Numbered from the stretch's first letter, positions 1 through 15,667 are shown. The stretch: 64,000 nt of DNA from the human T2T-CHM13v2.0 reference genome, Homo sapiens (GCF_009914755.1 NC_060934.1), one strand, 5' to 3'. The notes: generated by a model not told the origin, from the letters alone. Program-made: numbers and translations.

Positions 1-483
1 CCTGCCCAGCCTTATTTCCTGTTGCTCGTGTGGTCACCGTAGCCTGAGGTTCTGGCTTCCCTGGCCAGGCCTGTGTCCTCAGGGTATCCCTGGCTGTTGG
101 CCTGCTTTACCCTCTAGTTTTTGCTTCTTTATTATTTTTGGCTGCTTAGAATTTCCCTTACTTTTTTCCAATTTTGTTTATGCTTTTTGATATATGTATT
201 TAATTCTGTCTTTCTAGGTAACAGAAGTGGGTTTTCTCATAGAAAGCTTTTAAGGATAGCTACTCTGTAATATTTGTTCTTTATTCTTTCAGTCAGTGAA
301 TATTTATTGATTGCCTACTATGTGCTAGATTATTCTGTTCTTTCTGTTTTACTTTAAAAGACTCAAAGGACTCTGGTAGGTATAGCAACCACTAGTTAAT
401 TCAGATGAAGGAGTTTTTTTGTTTGTTTGTTTTGTTTGCTTGTTTTTTCCTGTTTTAACATAGAGATCTTTTTCATTGTTGTT

Positions 484-601
484 GTAGAGAGGGAGTCTCA
501 TTATATCACCCAGGCTGGTCTCAAACTCCTGGGCTCAAGGGATCCTCCCATCTCAGTCTCCTGAGTAGCTGGGATTATAGGCATGAGCCACCATGCCCAG
601 C
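484..601 (-). mobile_element. FLAM/AluJ monomer
   Basis: Antisense Alu left-arm sequence (caggctggtctcaaactcctgggctcaag...gagccaccatgcccagc). Confidence 0.85.
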
Positions 602-845
602 TCCTAGCACAGAGATCTAAGCCCATGGTGGTGAGGGCTATGAACAAGCCTATGGTGGTTACAAATTCATACCGACAACATTTTCATATGAGATTGACCC
701 AATTTAGGGAGCACAAAGAGAGCATTTCTAACACCTTTGATTTGAGGTCTACCCCGCCACATCAACTCTATCAGCTAACCAAACAAGAACCTAGAATGCG
801 AATGTGCATGTTGTGGAAATGAGTAGTAGAAGTAGAATCTCCCGC

Positions 846-1199
846 TGTAATGACTGAATGTTTATGTTTCTCCCAAAATTCATGTGTTCAAATCCCAACC
901 ACCAATGTGATGGTACTAGGAGGTGGAGCCTTTGGGAAGTAATAGGCTATGAGGGTGGTAATCAGGTCATAATCCCTTATGAATGGTGTCAGTGCCCTTA
1001 TTAGAGAGGCTCCAGAGGACTGGAATGAAATGAGGAGACAGCCGTCTGCAGCTCAGAGGAGGGCCCTTGCCAGAGCCCAGCAAGCTGGCACCCTAATCTC
1101 AGACTTCTGGCCTCCAGAACTGGGAGACATCAATTTCTGTTCTTTGAAGTCACCCAGTCTGTGGTACTTCTGTTATAGCAGACTGAACAGATGAAGAGA
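846..1199 (+). mobile_element. ERVL-MaLR solo LTR (MLT1A-like)
   Basis: Starts tgtaatgactgaatgtttatg..cccaaaattcatgtgtt; typical MaLR 3' end gacttctggcctccagaactg..cccagtctgtggtacttctgttatagcag. Confidence 0.8.
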
Positions 1200-1529
1200 C
1201 CTGCATTTGTTTTGTTTTAAATCAATGGTAACACTGAGGATTGCTATAAGGATTACCGTAGGAATCTCCCCAAATGAACCTATACTTAGAGGAACTGGAA
1301 AGACATCAGGGTCCCCTTCTCTCCTGTCCTTTCTGTATCTCCTGTTCAGATTTTGTAGGCTTTTACCTCCCTTTCTTTCTCTTCTTCATTCTTCCCTTTT
1401 ACCAGATTGACTTCTTGCCCCTCATTTGCTTCAGGAGACCCATGGTAGCTGTTTAGAAATGGCAGCCCCAATCGTCTCATTTGGCTCCATGACCCCCACT
1501 CTTGATTTTGTCTGACACAGACTTTACAG

Positions 1530-1720
1530 TTTACAAAGAATTTTGTGTGTGTTATTTCATCTGCACCTAACAATGTTGTGACATATGCAAAATATTGTTA
1601 TCCCTATTTTTTTTTTAATTAAAAAAACTGAGACCCAGCAAGAAGTACTTGCCCAATGTTATACAACCAACAAGTGGCAGAGCAGGGAGCAGACCTAGGT
1701 TTTCTGGCTTGAGGCCAGTG
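1530..1720 (-). mobile_element. MIR fragment
   Basis: MIR core aaactgagacccag..acttgcccaa..agtggcagagcaggga. Confidence 0.6.
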
Positions 1721-2075
1721 CTCTCGCAGGAGCGCAGCTCATACAGCTGTCTAGCAAATCCACGTTCAAGTGAAATTCCAATGTCTGGAAAAACTGGATT
1801 TCTAACTCATCCCTGAGCTCCCAGTTTTCTGATATTTCTATTAAAGAACAGTGGGTCTGTTACTTCTCTGTGAGAGCAATGCCCTTAGATTATACAGTTT
1901 AAAAATTTGGTGTGGGTTTTGTGAATGTTTTGACAGTCTGCCTACCATTTCGTCTGGCCAGCCAGCCATGCTGAGCCATGGCTGGGGTTTTTTGATGGAT
2001 TGCTAGTGGCCAAGGGCTTGTGAAAACATAAATGTCTCACTGAGCGCAAACCTGAATGGAAAAAAAGAAAAGAAG

Positions 2076-2110
2076 TTCTGAGTAAGAGTCTGACTAATGA
2101 CTTCTTGGAA
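2076..2110. promoter_or_regulatory. Tandem STAT5/GAS sites with intervening AP-1-like site; candidate PRF1 far-upstream IL-2-responsive enhancer
   Basis: TTCTGAGTA (2076-2084), 17-bp spacer containing TGACTAA (2091-2097), perfect TTCTTGGAA (2102-2110), in non-repeat DNA; assignment to PRF1 is from recalled locus map. Confidence 0.55.
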
Positions 2111-4008
2111 GAAACTGAACAGTGTCTGAGACTTTTTCATCTGCCTTTAGCTAGCAAAGTTTCTTCCGAAAGCCCCACAGCCCCACGCATTTGACTAGCA
2201 CTGGTGGATGTGTACATTCATCCACCATGCCACGCATTGATGGAGTCTTTAATGAACACATACTATGCACCAGGTGCTAGTAATCATAGAGAGGGCTACA
2301 AAGACACATAAAATAGAGTTCCATCCTTAAAGGAGCCTACCATCCAAATATACATTTTGGCATCATAACTGAACTTATAGTTCTGGGAGCCAGAGTGCCT
2401 GGTCAAAATTCTGGCTCTACTGCTTTCTACTAACAACAATTAACCTTGTATCCGAGTATTTATCTCTTTAAGCTGCAGTGTCTTCATCTGTAAAATAAGA
2501 CCAACAAAGGTACCCATCCATCTATGCCTCTAACTCAGAGCACTGCTTTGAAGATGAAATGAGGTAATAATGTGTTTAAAGAGCTTGACGCAGAGTAAAA
2601 GATCAAAATAAAACTGAAGTCATTGGCATAAAACCTTAAAGGTGGTTTGAGATGTGTGGCTTAGCAATGAAGAGCTACCGTGGTTCGGAGGGGAGCAGTG
2701 GGTTTGGGTCTCTATGTTACCAGAACAAGATGCATGCGAAGGACTGGCAGGTAGCAAAGACTGTGCAGAGGTTTTCAGGGAGGAGAACAACAGGGGCAAA
2801 AGCATGGAGACAAAAAAGAGCGACTCACATGAAGGAAACAGCATGTGTTTCTGGGTTGGACTAGGATGTAGGGATAAATGAGTGGGTATTAATCATTATA
2901 ACTGTAAGCATCCCATGTTTAACATGCACTCTCTGCCAGACACCTTGTGAATTTATAATTATCATGTAAATTAATCCTCCCAACAACCCATGAAATCGCC
3001 TCATAAAATCTTGAAACTTGCCAGCTAAATATCCTTCTAGGACAAAGTCTCACACAGAGGCAAAATGGCTGGGACTAGACTCTAAACTGAGCAAGACAGG
3101 GAGCCATGTACAGATAAGGTCCAGACAAAACTGGAGGAAGGCGACAGAGGAAGTCATTCCCAGAATCTTCAACCCATTTTAAAGACATTTTTCAGTACAA
3201 CAGAAGAGGGAGCCCTAGAGTCACGAATCTAGGCCAAGAAATCTTTTCCCATTCTCCCCATTGAGGACTGCCCGAAAAACTATCTCACTTAAACATACGT
3301 AATGCAAAAGGATTGCAGAGGAGAAATCCAGTCCCATTCAGTTTTTTTTTTGTTTTGTTTTGTTTTGTTTTTAAAGAAAAAGAAGTTGATTAGCATAGTA
3401 ACAGATCATCAGGCAATGATCTCTGGAAAGACATGCCCTACAAAATACATAAAATTTTTCATTTGATATTTTTAAATGAAGTAGAAGAGTTTTTAAAATG
3501 ACAGAATTTAGGAAACTAAAGCATAAGTCAGGATTATAAAAATTAAGAGATGAGATAATTGGACACAAGGAAAATTTGAAAAGAGCTCACACAGAATTTA
3601 GTTAGGAAAAAACCATTTTTCTTTTCTAAAAAAACCTCTAACCATTTTAGAAATAAAAAGAAGCTAGAATGAATAAATAACATAAATAATGTCATAAGAG
3701 AAATAGAAGATGAAACAGAGGAAATTAAAAAAATCAAAAGTGGAGACTGGTTTAAAAAAAGATATAAAGGTGATAGATATGGAAGATAGAGAAGATCCAA
3801 CCCATGTATAAAAGAGACCTTAAAGAAGAAAACTGAAGTAATGAAACAGAATAAATACATACTGTAGTGAAATATGTTAACATACCTCTCTTTTTAACTG
3901 ATAAAACAGGTGGACAATAAAATCAGTAAAGATACAAAAAAATTGAACAATGCAATGATAAGCTTGACCCAACTGACATATATAGGACACTGTACCCATA
4001 CACCAAAG

Positions 4009-4691
4009 TGTTGATGAAAAGGCTAAACTTTGTAAAATATTTAAAGAGGCTTATTCAGAGCCAATATGAGTGACCATGGCCCAGGATACGTTCTCAAGAG
4101 GTCCTAAGAAAGTGTGCCCAAGGTGGTTGGGCTACAGTTTGGTTTTATACATTTTAGGGAACAAGAGTTGCAAGGAAAGACATAAGTCAATACATGGAAG
4201 GTGTACATTGGTTCAGCCTAAAGAGGTGGGATGTCTTATGGGGAGGGGACTGCTTCCAGGTCATATAGGTAGATTCAAAGATTTTCTGATTGGCAATTGG
4301 TTGAAAGAGTTAAGCTTTGTCTAAAGGCTTAAGAAGTCAGTAGAAAGGAATCCTTGAGCTAAGACAAGGGGGTTGTGGAAGCCAAGGCCCTTGTTACGTA
4401 GATGAAGTCTCATAGGTGGCAGCCCGCAGACAGCATGTGATGCCATACCAGAGTTAGGTTGGAATTTTGTGTTTTATTACTACAAAGAGTCTGTTTTGTC
4501 GGTCTTATGATCTCTCTTTTAATATTAATGCTGGCCAGTTGTGCCTAAACTCCAAAAGGGAGGGGGCATAATGAGGCCTCTCCAACTTCCCTTCCCATCA
4601 TGATTTGGAATTCATTTTTTCAGGTTTTCCTTGGCCCAGAGGGAGTCCATTCAATCAGTTGGGTAGCTTAGGATTTTGTTTTTGGTTTACA
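4009..4691 (-). mobile_element. ERV1 solo LTR, MER4 group
   Basis: TG...CA termini, 4-bp TSD AAAG (4005-4008/4692-4695); reverse complement begins TGTAAACCAAAAAC. Confidence 0.8.
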
Positions 4692-4888
4692 AAAGAAATA
4701 TGTCTTTTTTTCAAGTGCGTACTGAACATTTACCTAAATTGGCAATTTACTGGGCCATAAAATATCTCAAAACATTTCAATGGATTAAAAATTTACAGAG
4801 AATGTTACTCAGTGGATTAAGCAAGAAATCAATAACAAGAACAAAAAAACAAACAAACAAAAAATCAAAATGTTTGAAAATATACAAG

Positions 4889-5638
<750 letters not shown>

Positions 5639-5906
5639 CCAATATCCTTCAAAATAAGTTCCAAATCAAAGAATAAGTCAGAAAATACTTTTAACTGAAT
5701 GATAAAAATATGATACACTAAAATACATGGGATGCAACTAATATTATGTTTAGAGGGAAGTTTATGGTCATAAATGCACATTTCAGAAAAGGAGAAAGAT
5801 TTAATATTGTAAAAAAACAAAATATGTTACTCTAAAATATGGTTTTAGCAGATCAGAATATGCCACTCCAAAATATGCCTCTGGCATAAGAATGATTTTG
5901 AGCTGA

Positions 5907-6219
5907 TTATTATTATTTATTTATTTTTGAGACAGAGTCTCACTCTGTTGCCCATGCTGGAGTGCAGTGGTGCGATCTCCGCTCACTGCAAGCTCTGCCT
6001 CCCAGGTTCACATCATTCTCCTGCCTCAGCCTCCTGAGTAGCTGGGACTACAGGCACCTGCCACCATGGCTGGCTAATTTTTTTTTTTTTTTTGTATTTT
6101 TAGTAGAGACGGGGTTTCACCATATTAGCCAGGATGGCCTCGATCTCCTGACCTCGTGATCTGCTTGTCTCAGCCTCCCAAAGTGCTGGGATTACAAATG
6201 TGAATCACTACGCCTGGCC
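5907..6219 (-). mobile_element. AluY/Sc
   Basis: gcaagctctgcctcc..cattctcctgcc, ttagccaggatgg diagnostic; TSD gagctga. Confidence 0.92.
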
Positions 6220-6233
6220 GAGCTGAGTATTTT

Positions 6234-7275
6234 TGATGGCAGTGGCTGCTGCCATCATGCTGGCTGCAGCAGGGAGGCACGGCTTTGGCTGCACACTCCA
6301 TAAAGCTGGTGGGAGTTGGGAGGAGAGCTCTCTGGGTGCTGCTGCAACTGCCCAACCAGCAGCTTCAGACCCAGGCCTCCTGCTCTACAGAGCACACAGG
6401 AGACTCACCCTCCTGGGTGGGGCTACAGCCGTCCAAATTGCAGCTGTGCTCTTTGAGGAGGTCTGGGAGCAGGCAGGATCTGCCCTCCTGGGTGTGGCTG
6501 TGACCGCCCTCCCAGGTGCAGGAGCTGGTGTCTCTGCAGCCTGCACCCTCAGTGGCCTTAGGAAGGACACTCCTCCATCCCTCCAAGCTCAGAGGTGTCT
6601 TTTCCCACTGCCTGGCTTCTCTTCACTCATGGTGCCTCCTCTGATCTTGGAGGGGGTGTTGGGGCCAAGCCCAGGGGCCATGAATGGCAGTGGGAGGCAA
6701 ATTGATTTTTGGGTGGAAGGAGGCAGGTCCCCAGTAAGGCCACACCTTCAGGCCAGGGAAGGTCTGAAGGCTGGGGACCGGGCTGCCAGTCCTGCAGATT
6801 GGCAGACTGGTGGGGGGACTTGTGGTGCCTCTTCTGGGCCTCCCATGGCCACCCAGGGACCAACTGGCATGTACTTCCTTCCCTCCAAGGCCCATAAAAG
6901 CCCAGGGCTCAGCCAGAGTGGGGCACAGGACGAAGAGGGCGGAGATGATGGGAGGACCACCTGCAAAGAGGAGTACTTTCTCTGCTGATAGCTGCAGAGA
7001 CCTGCAGAAATGTCCAAATGACCTGCCTGCAGAGAGGAGTTATCCTCTCCAGGGCCTCCTTTTTGTGGAGAGCTGAACACTGGATGGGATGACCTGCCTA
7101 CAGAGAGGAGCTACCCATTCCTCTAAGCTGTTCTAACACTAAATAAAACTCTTCTTCACCCTTCACTTGTCTGCATACCTCATTCTTTTGGATACAGGAC
7201 AAGAACTTGGGCAATAGTGCTGTGGCCACAGAGGTTTCTGGCCAGAAAAGTCAACACCCTAGAGATCCCTTAAAA
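6234..7275 (+). mobile_element. MER52-family ERV1 solo LTR
   Basis: tgatggcagtggctgctgccatc start, GC-rich body, gacctgcctgcagagaggag repeats, AATAAA at ~7142, gaggtttctggccagaaaa end. Confidence 0.8.
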
Positions 7276-7483
7276 TTTTGAGAAACTGCAGACATAGGAG
7301 AAGCTCTGAAAACACAGTAAAAATTACCCTTTTATAAGGGAAATTAAAAGCCATAAAGGAAATCTCCATTTGTAAAGATGTTTCCTGCTCAGTACCAGAA
7401 AGAGAAGAATGATGTTAAATCACTGGAAACTCTTATCAGTGGAGAAGGTATCAACTTAAATCTGCCTAACAAACCTTATCCTA

Positions 7484-7852
<369 letters not shown>

Positions 7853-8267
7853 TGAAGATTATATCTAAGCCTGAACTCAGAGCCATCTCTTTGAGATTTA
7901 CTCATTTACTCTAGGTATCTTATGTATGTTTGACCATAAACAAGTCTGTTGCAGTATACATGGTAAGTCAATACATCAACACTGAGAGTTGCATCAGAGA
8001 AAAAGTTTTAATCATAGGGCTGCCCAGCAAGGAGGCAAGAGGAAACTTCAAATCTGCCTCCCAGAGGAGTTGGGGGTTAGAGATTTTAAGGAGTTTGGAG
8101 TGGCCAAGGTGTGGAGATTGTTGATTGGTCAAAGAGTGCAGCGTGAAATCCTGGGATGGGGAGATGAAGAAACTGCATTCTCATGTTGATTCAGCTCCTC
8201 TGTGGGAGTCTTCAAGCTGATGGGCATCAGCTGTTCAGCTGGAATTCAGGATCTGAAAACATCTTAA

Positions 8268-8577
<310 letters not shown>

Positions 8578-8683
8578 CATCTTAAGTAATTCTTAAACAA
8601 AAGCCTTAGGTGTCAGAGATCCTATCTGTAGGAACAGTGGGAATGCAGATGGTGGGGATCTAGTGCTACGTGACTTTAAATTA

Positions 8684-9059
<376 letters not shown>

Positions 9060-9246
9060 TTAATAATGAGTATATTTCTGCCCAGAACACTGCATGTATT
9101 TCTTGTTAACCCTGAAAGGATGGTTTTATATGCATAAAGTATATGTGTTATTAAACTTCTGTTTGTTATTCTCTTGTCACTCTTTTGTTCCAGGGATCTG
9201 TCCTAACTAAGAACTATGAAGGTGTAAACCAAAATAAAATCCTAAA

Positions 9247-9555
<309 letters not shown>

Positions 9556-10162
9556 CTAAGTCCCCCAGTAGACTGAATGAACCCTTTTGGCCAAGGGGAT
9601 CCTAGGGAAACCTGAAAAACTCAACTCTAGGCCATGACAGTAAGGGAGGTCAGACACACCTTTTTATACCTCCTCCCTTTTAGAGTTTAGGAACAACTGA
9701 CCAGCATTAACATAAAATAGAGATCATAAAGCTGACAAAACAGATTATTTGTAGCAAATTCCAGCCTGACTCTGGGATAACATCACATGACAGATAGCAG
9801 ACCCTGAAGGAAATAAAAATATTTTAGTCTAAAATATAATTATTTGACATATTTTAAAAGAGTCCTTCAAAGCCATCTTTTCAGGAAGCCTGCTACCTGG
9901 AGGCTTCATCTGCATAACAAGAACCTTGGCTTCCACAATCCCCCTTAACTCAAGCATTTCTTTCTACTGACTTCAGATTTTTAGACAAAGCTTAAGTCTT
10001 TCAACTAATTGCTAATCAGAAAATCTTTGAATCCACCTATACCTGTAAGTCCCTCCTTTAAAATGTCCTGCCTTTCTGGGCTGAACCAATGTACATCTTC
10101 TATGTATTGATTTATGTCTTTGCTTGTAACTTCTGTCCCCCACAAAATGTATAAAACAAAAC

Positions 10163-10529
10163 TGTCAGGCCTCTGAGCCCAAGCCTGCACATATACATCC
10201 AGATGGCCTGAAGCAAGTGAAGAATCACAGAAGAAGTGAAAATGGCCGGTTCCTGCCTTAACTGATGACACTACCTTGTGAAATTCCTTTTCCTGGCTCA
10301 GAAGCTCCTCCACTGGGCACCTTATGTCCCCTGCCCCTGCCCACCAAAGAACAACCCCCTTTGACTGTAATTTTCCACTACCTACCCAAATTCTATAAAA
10401 CGGCCCCACCCGTATCTCCCTTCACTGACTCTCTTTTTGGACTCAGCTCGTCTACACCCAGATGATTAAAAACCTTTATTGCTCACACAAAGCCTGTTTG
10501 GTGATCTCTTCACACGGATGCGTGTGAGA
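10163..10529 (+). mobile_element. LTR7 (HERV-H) solo LTR
   Basis: tgtcaggcctctgagcccaagc start, tataaaacggccccaccc, gctcacacaaagcctgtttggtg..cacacggatgcgtg end; 5-bp TSD AAAAC (10158-10162/10530-10534). Confidence 0.93.
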
Positions 10530-10798
10530 AAAACTATTACTTGACTACTTTGGGCACACCTTCTCAGAACCTCTTGAGACTTTTCCGGGCCATGTTCACT
10601 CATAATGACTTAGAATAAACCTTTTAAAATATTTACAGAGTTTGGCTTTTTTTCCTCAATAAACAATAGAGAGAAAATTATTTTTCCTCCCTTACAATAT
10701 CAATAATCAAAGCATACATCTAAAGATGTTTAAAAGAGGACAACAGATTAAATCCAAACAGTGGAGGAAGGAAATACTAAAGAGAAGAGCAAAAGTTA

Positions 10799-11100
<302 letters not shown>

Positions 11101-11325
11101 AGAGAGAGAGAGAAGGTACAAATTAGCAATATCAGAAATGAAAAAGGAGACATTACTACAGCACCTACAAACATTAAAAAGGTCATAAGGAGATATTATG
11201 AACAATTTTATGCCAATAAATTTGACAATTTAGATAAAACAGTACATTTCCTTAAAACAATAGCTTACCAAAGCTAACACAGAAATACATTAAAAATCTG
11301 GGTAACCTATAGCCAGAAAATAAAT

Positions 11326-12790
11326 GTTTTCTTTTTAAAAAATTGAGACTTGTGTACCATAAGACTTACCCTTTTAAGGTGTAAGATTCAGTAGCATTAA
11401 GAACATTCACAATGTTATACAATCATCATCATTATCTAGTTCCAGAACATTTTTACTATCCCAAAAAGAAACCTACTAATTAGTACTCTTTCCCCATTTA
11501 CTCTTCCCCCATCCTATCCCCATGGCAACTGTTAATCTACTTTCTTTCTCTATGGATTTGCCTATTCTTGACACTTCATGTAAGTGGGATCATACAAGTT
11601 GTAGTTTGTTTGTTTGGCTTCTTTTACTTAGCATAATCCTTTCAAAATTCATCTACGTTGCAGAATTTATCAGTATTTTTCTTGATATTTCTGAATAATA
11701 CTTCATTGTATGGTTATACCTCATAAGTTGATGGGTTGTTTCTATTTTCTGATTATTATGAACAATGGGGCTATGAACCTTCATATATAAGCTTTGTGTG
11801 AACATACACTTTCATTGCTCTTGGGTATGTTACTGGAAGTGGAATTGCTGGTTCTTATAGTAATTCTAGGTTTGACATTTGGAGGAATTGCCAAACTGTT
11901 TTCCAAAGCAGCTGCACCACTTCACATTCCCACGAAAAATGTATGAGAGTTCCAGTTTCTCCACAACCTAGCCAATTATCTTAGTCAGTCTGTTTGAGCT
12001 GCTATAACTAACTACCTTAGACTGGGTAATTTATAAACAATAGAGATTTATTGCTCATAGTTCTGGAGGCTGGGAAGTCCAAGATCAAGACACCAGCAGA
12101 TTTGGTGTCTGGTGAGGGCTCACTCACTCCTTCATAGATGGCACCTTCTTGTTGTGTCCTTACATGTGAGAAGGGGCAAACAAACTCCCTTGGGGCTTCT
12201 TTTATAAGGGCACCCATCCCATTCCTTAGGGTAGAGCTTTCATGACCTAATTATCTCTAAATGCCCCATTTCCTAATACCATATTGGGAATTAGGTTTCA
12301 ACATATAGATTCAGGGGCTGGGGGACACAAACATTCAAGACCACAGCATTGTCTTTTTGGTTGTAGCCATCTTAGTGGGTGTGAAGTGACATCTCATTTT
12401 GGTTTTGATTTATGTTTCCCTAAGGACTAATGTTGAACACAGTTTTATGTACTTATTGGTAATTTTGTATCTGTTATTTGGAGAAATGTTTATTCAGATA
12501 CTTTGCCCATATTTTATTTCGGTATTTGTCTTTTTATTTAGTTGTAATTTTTTAATGTATTCTGGATACTAGATCCTTGTTAGACATATGATTTGCAAAA
12601 ACTTTTTCCCACTCTAGGTTGTCTTTTCACTTTTTTGATAATGTTCTTTGATGCACAAAAGTTTCAAATTTTGATAAATTTCAATTTATTTATTTTTTTG
12701 CTTATGCTTTTGGTGTCATATCTAAGAAACAGTTGCCTAATCTGAAGTTGAAAAGATTTGGGCCTATGTTTTCTTCTAAGAGTCTTATAA
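11326..12790 (-). mobile_element. L1MB-type 3' region (resumes at ~18675-19050)
   Basis: Antisense L1 3'UTR/ORF2 end: aatctactttctttctctatggatttgcctatt, gccaaactgttttccaaagc. Confidence 0.75.
11978..12348 (-). mobile_element. ERVL-MaLR LTR (MLT1A0/MST-like)
   Basis: tcttagtc..gctgctataac..agactgggtaatttataaac..agttctggaggctgggaagtccaagatcaag..aacattcaagaccacagca. Confidence 0.85.
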
Positions 12791-13313
12791 TACAGTTGAC
12801 CTTTGAACAAGACAGGTTTGAACTGTGCAGGTCCACATATATGTGGATTTTTTCCAATAAATATATTGGGAATTTTTTTGGAGATTTACAACAATTTGAA
12901 AAAACTCACAGATGAACCACATAGCCTAGAAATATTAAAAAAAAAACATAAGAAAAAGTTAGGTATATCATGAACGCATAAAATATATGTAGACACAGTT
13001 TATTTTATTATTTACAACCATAAAATGCACACAAATCTATTATAAAAAGTTAAAACTTATCAAAACTTACAAACACTGACCTTATAAGGCACCATTCAGA
13101 GTTGAGAGAAACGTAAACAAATGTAAAGATACAGTATTAAATCATAATTGCTTCAAAACAACTGTAGTCCATACTGCACTATTGTGATAACTGCATAGCC
13201 ACCTCCTGTTGCTATTGCAGTGAGACCAAGTGTTGTGAGTATCTGCCTAAAACACCATGTGATGCTAATCACTCCATGTGGGCAGCTCATCTCTCCAGTA
13301 AAATTGCATATCA

Positions 13314-13630
<317 letters not shown>

Positions 13631-14189
13631 AGTGAGAATCTCTATGGTTCTCATGTTTTGTTTTGTTTTTAATTGCATTTAGTGCAATACCATAAATCTT
13701 GAATAACACCAGGGGACCCATATGAAGTGCCACTAGAGATGCTGGAGGTGTTACCAAGTATTAGAGAAAAGTCATTACATTACAAGAAAAAGTTGAATTG
13801 CTTGATATGTACCATAGATTGAGGTCTGCTGCTGCAGTTGTCCATCATTTCAAGACAAATGAATCCAGGATAAGGGCTATCATAAAAAAAAAAGAGAAGG
13901 AAATTAGCAAAATTGTTGCTGCAGCCACAACAGCAGGCATAAAAACTTTGCACTTGTTTTGAAATACCCTTGTATTTAATATTTAAAATGCAGCTTTTAT
14001 GTGGGTGCAGGATTGCTGTAATAAAGACATACCTATAAACTCTAATATGATTCAAGAAAAAGCAAAGGCATTACATGACAACTGAAAGCAAAAAGAAGGT
14101 GAAGGATCAAAAGCTGGAGAACTTAATACTAGCAAAGGATGGTTTGATCATTTAAGCCAAAGAGGTTTGGCTTAAGAAATGTCAAGATG

Positions 14190-15667
14190 GGATGCAGAGC
14201 CGAAGCTGGACTGTACTGCTGCCATCTTGGCTCACTGCAACCTCCCTGCCTGATTCTCCTGCCGCAGCCTGCCGAGTGCCTGCCATTGCAGGCGCGTGCC
14301 GCCACGCCTGACTGGTTTTCGTATTTTTTTGGTGGAGACGGGGTTTCGCTGTGTTGGCCGGGCTGGTCTCCAGCTCCTAGCCGCAAGTGATCTGCCAGCC
14401 TCGGCCTCCCGAGGTGCCGGGATTGCAGACAGAGTCTCGTTCACTCAGTGCTCAATGGTGCCCAGGCTGGAGTGCAGTGGCGTGATCTCGGCTCGCTACT
14501 ACCTCCACCTCCCAGCCACCTGCCTTGGCCTCCCAAAGTGCAGAGATTGCAGGCTCTGCCCGGCCGCCACCCTGTCTGGGAAGTGAGGAGCGTCTCTGCC
14601 TGGCCGCCCATCGTCTGGGATGTGAGGAGCCCCTCTGCCTGGCTGCCCAGTCTGGAAAGTGAGGAGCATCTCTGCCCGGCGGCCATCCCATCTAGGAAGT
14701 GAGGAGCACCTCTTCCCGGCCGCCATCCCATCTAGGGAGTGAGGAGCATCTCTGCCCGGCTGCCCATTGTCTGAGATGTGGGGAGCGCCTCTGCCCCGCT
14801 GCCCCATCTGGGATGTAAGGAGCGCCTCTGCCCGGCCGTGACCCCGTCTGGGAGGTGAGGAGCGTCTCTGCCCGGCCTCCCCGTCTGAGAAGTGAGGAGA
14901 CCCTCTGCCTGGCAACCGCCCAGTCTGAGAAGTGAGGAGCCCCTCCGCCCGGCAGCCGCCCCATCTGAGAAGTGAGGAGCCCCTCTGCCCGGCAGCCGCC
15001 CCGTCTGGGAGGGAGGTGGGGGGGTCAGCCCCCCGCCCGGCCAGCCGCCCCGTCCGGGAGGTGAGGGGCGCCTCTGCCCGGCCGCCCCTACTGGGAAGTG
15101 AGGCGCCCCTCTGCCCGGCCACCACCCCGTCTGGGAGGTGTACCCAACAGCTCATTGAGAACGGGCCATGATGACAATGGCGGTTTTGTGGAATAGAAAG
15201 GGGGGAAAGGTGGGGAAAAGATTGAGAAATCGGATGGTTGCCGTGTCTGTGTAGAAAGGTAGACATGGGAGACTTTTCATTTTGTTCTGTACTAAGAAAA
15301 ATTCTTCTGCCTTGGGATCCTGTTGATCTGTGACCTTACCCCCAACCCTGTGCTCTCTGAAACGTGTGCTGTGTCCACTCAGGGTTAAATGGATTAAGGG
15401 CGGTGCAAGATGTGCTTTGTTAAACAGATGCTTGAAGGCAGCATGCTCGTTAAGAGTCATCACCACTCCCTAATCTCAAGTACCCAGGGACACAAACACT
15501 GCGGAAGGCCGCAGGGTCCTCTGCCTAGGAAAACCAGAGACCTTTGTTCACTTATCTGCTGACCTTCCCTCCACTACTGTCCTATGACCCTGCCAAATCC
15601 CCCTCTGCGAGAAACACCCAAGAATGATCAATTAAAAAAAAAAAAAGAAATGAGAAAAAGAAAAAAA
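14190..15667 (+). mobile_element. SVA retrotransposon (SVA_C/D-like), 5'-truncated (no CCCTCT hexamer)
   Basis: Antisense Alu-like domain, GC-rich VNTR (~14555-15140), SINE-R, poly-A; TSD aaatgtcaagatg (14177-14189/15668-15680). Confidence 0.96.

Noticed and set aside
6233-6988. 251-aa ORF
   Set aside because: Lies wholly in GC-rich MER52 LTR; no domain, low-complexity Ala/Gly composition
14499-15266. 255-aa minus-strand ORF and overlapping ORFs; VNTR resembling a CRISPR-like array
   Set aside because: SVA VNTR: degenerate tandem units with no unique spacers; eukaryotic context, no cas genes
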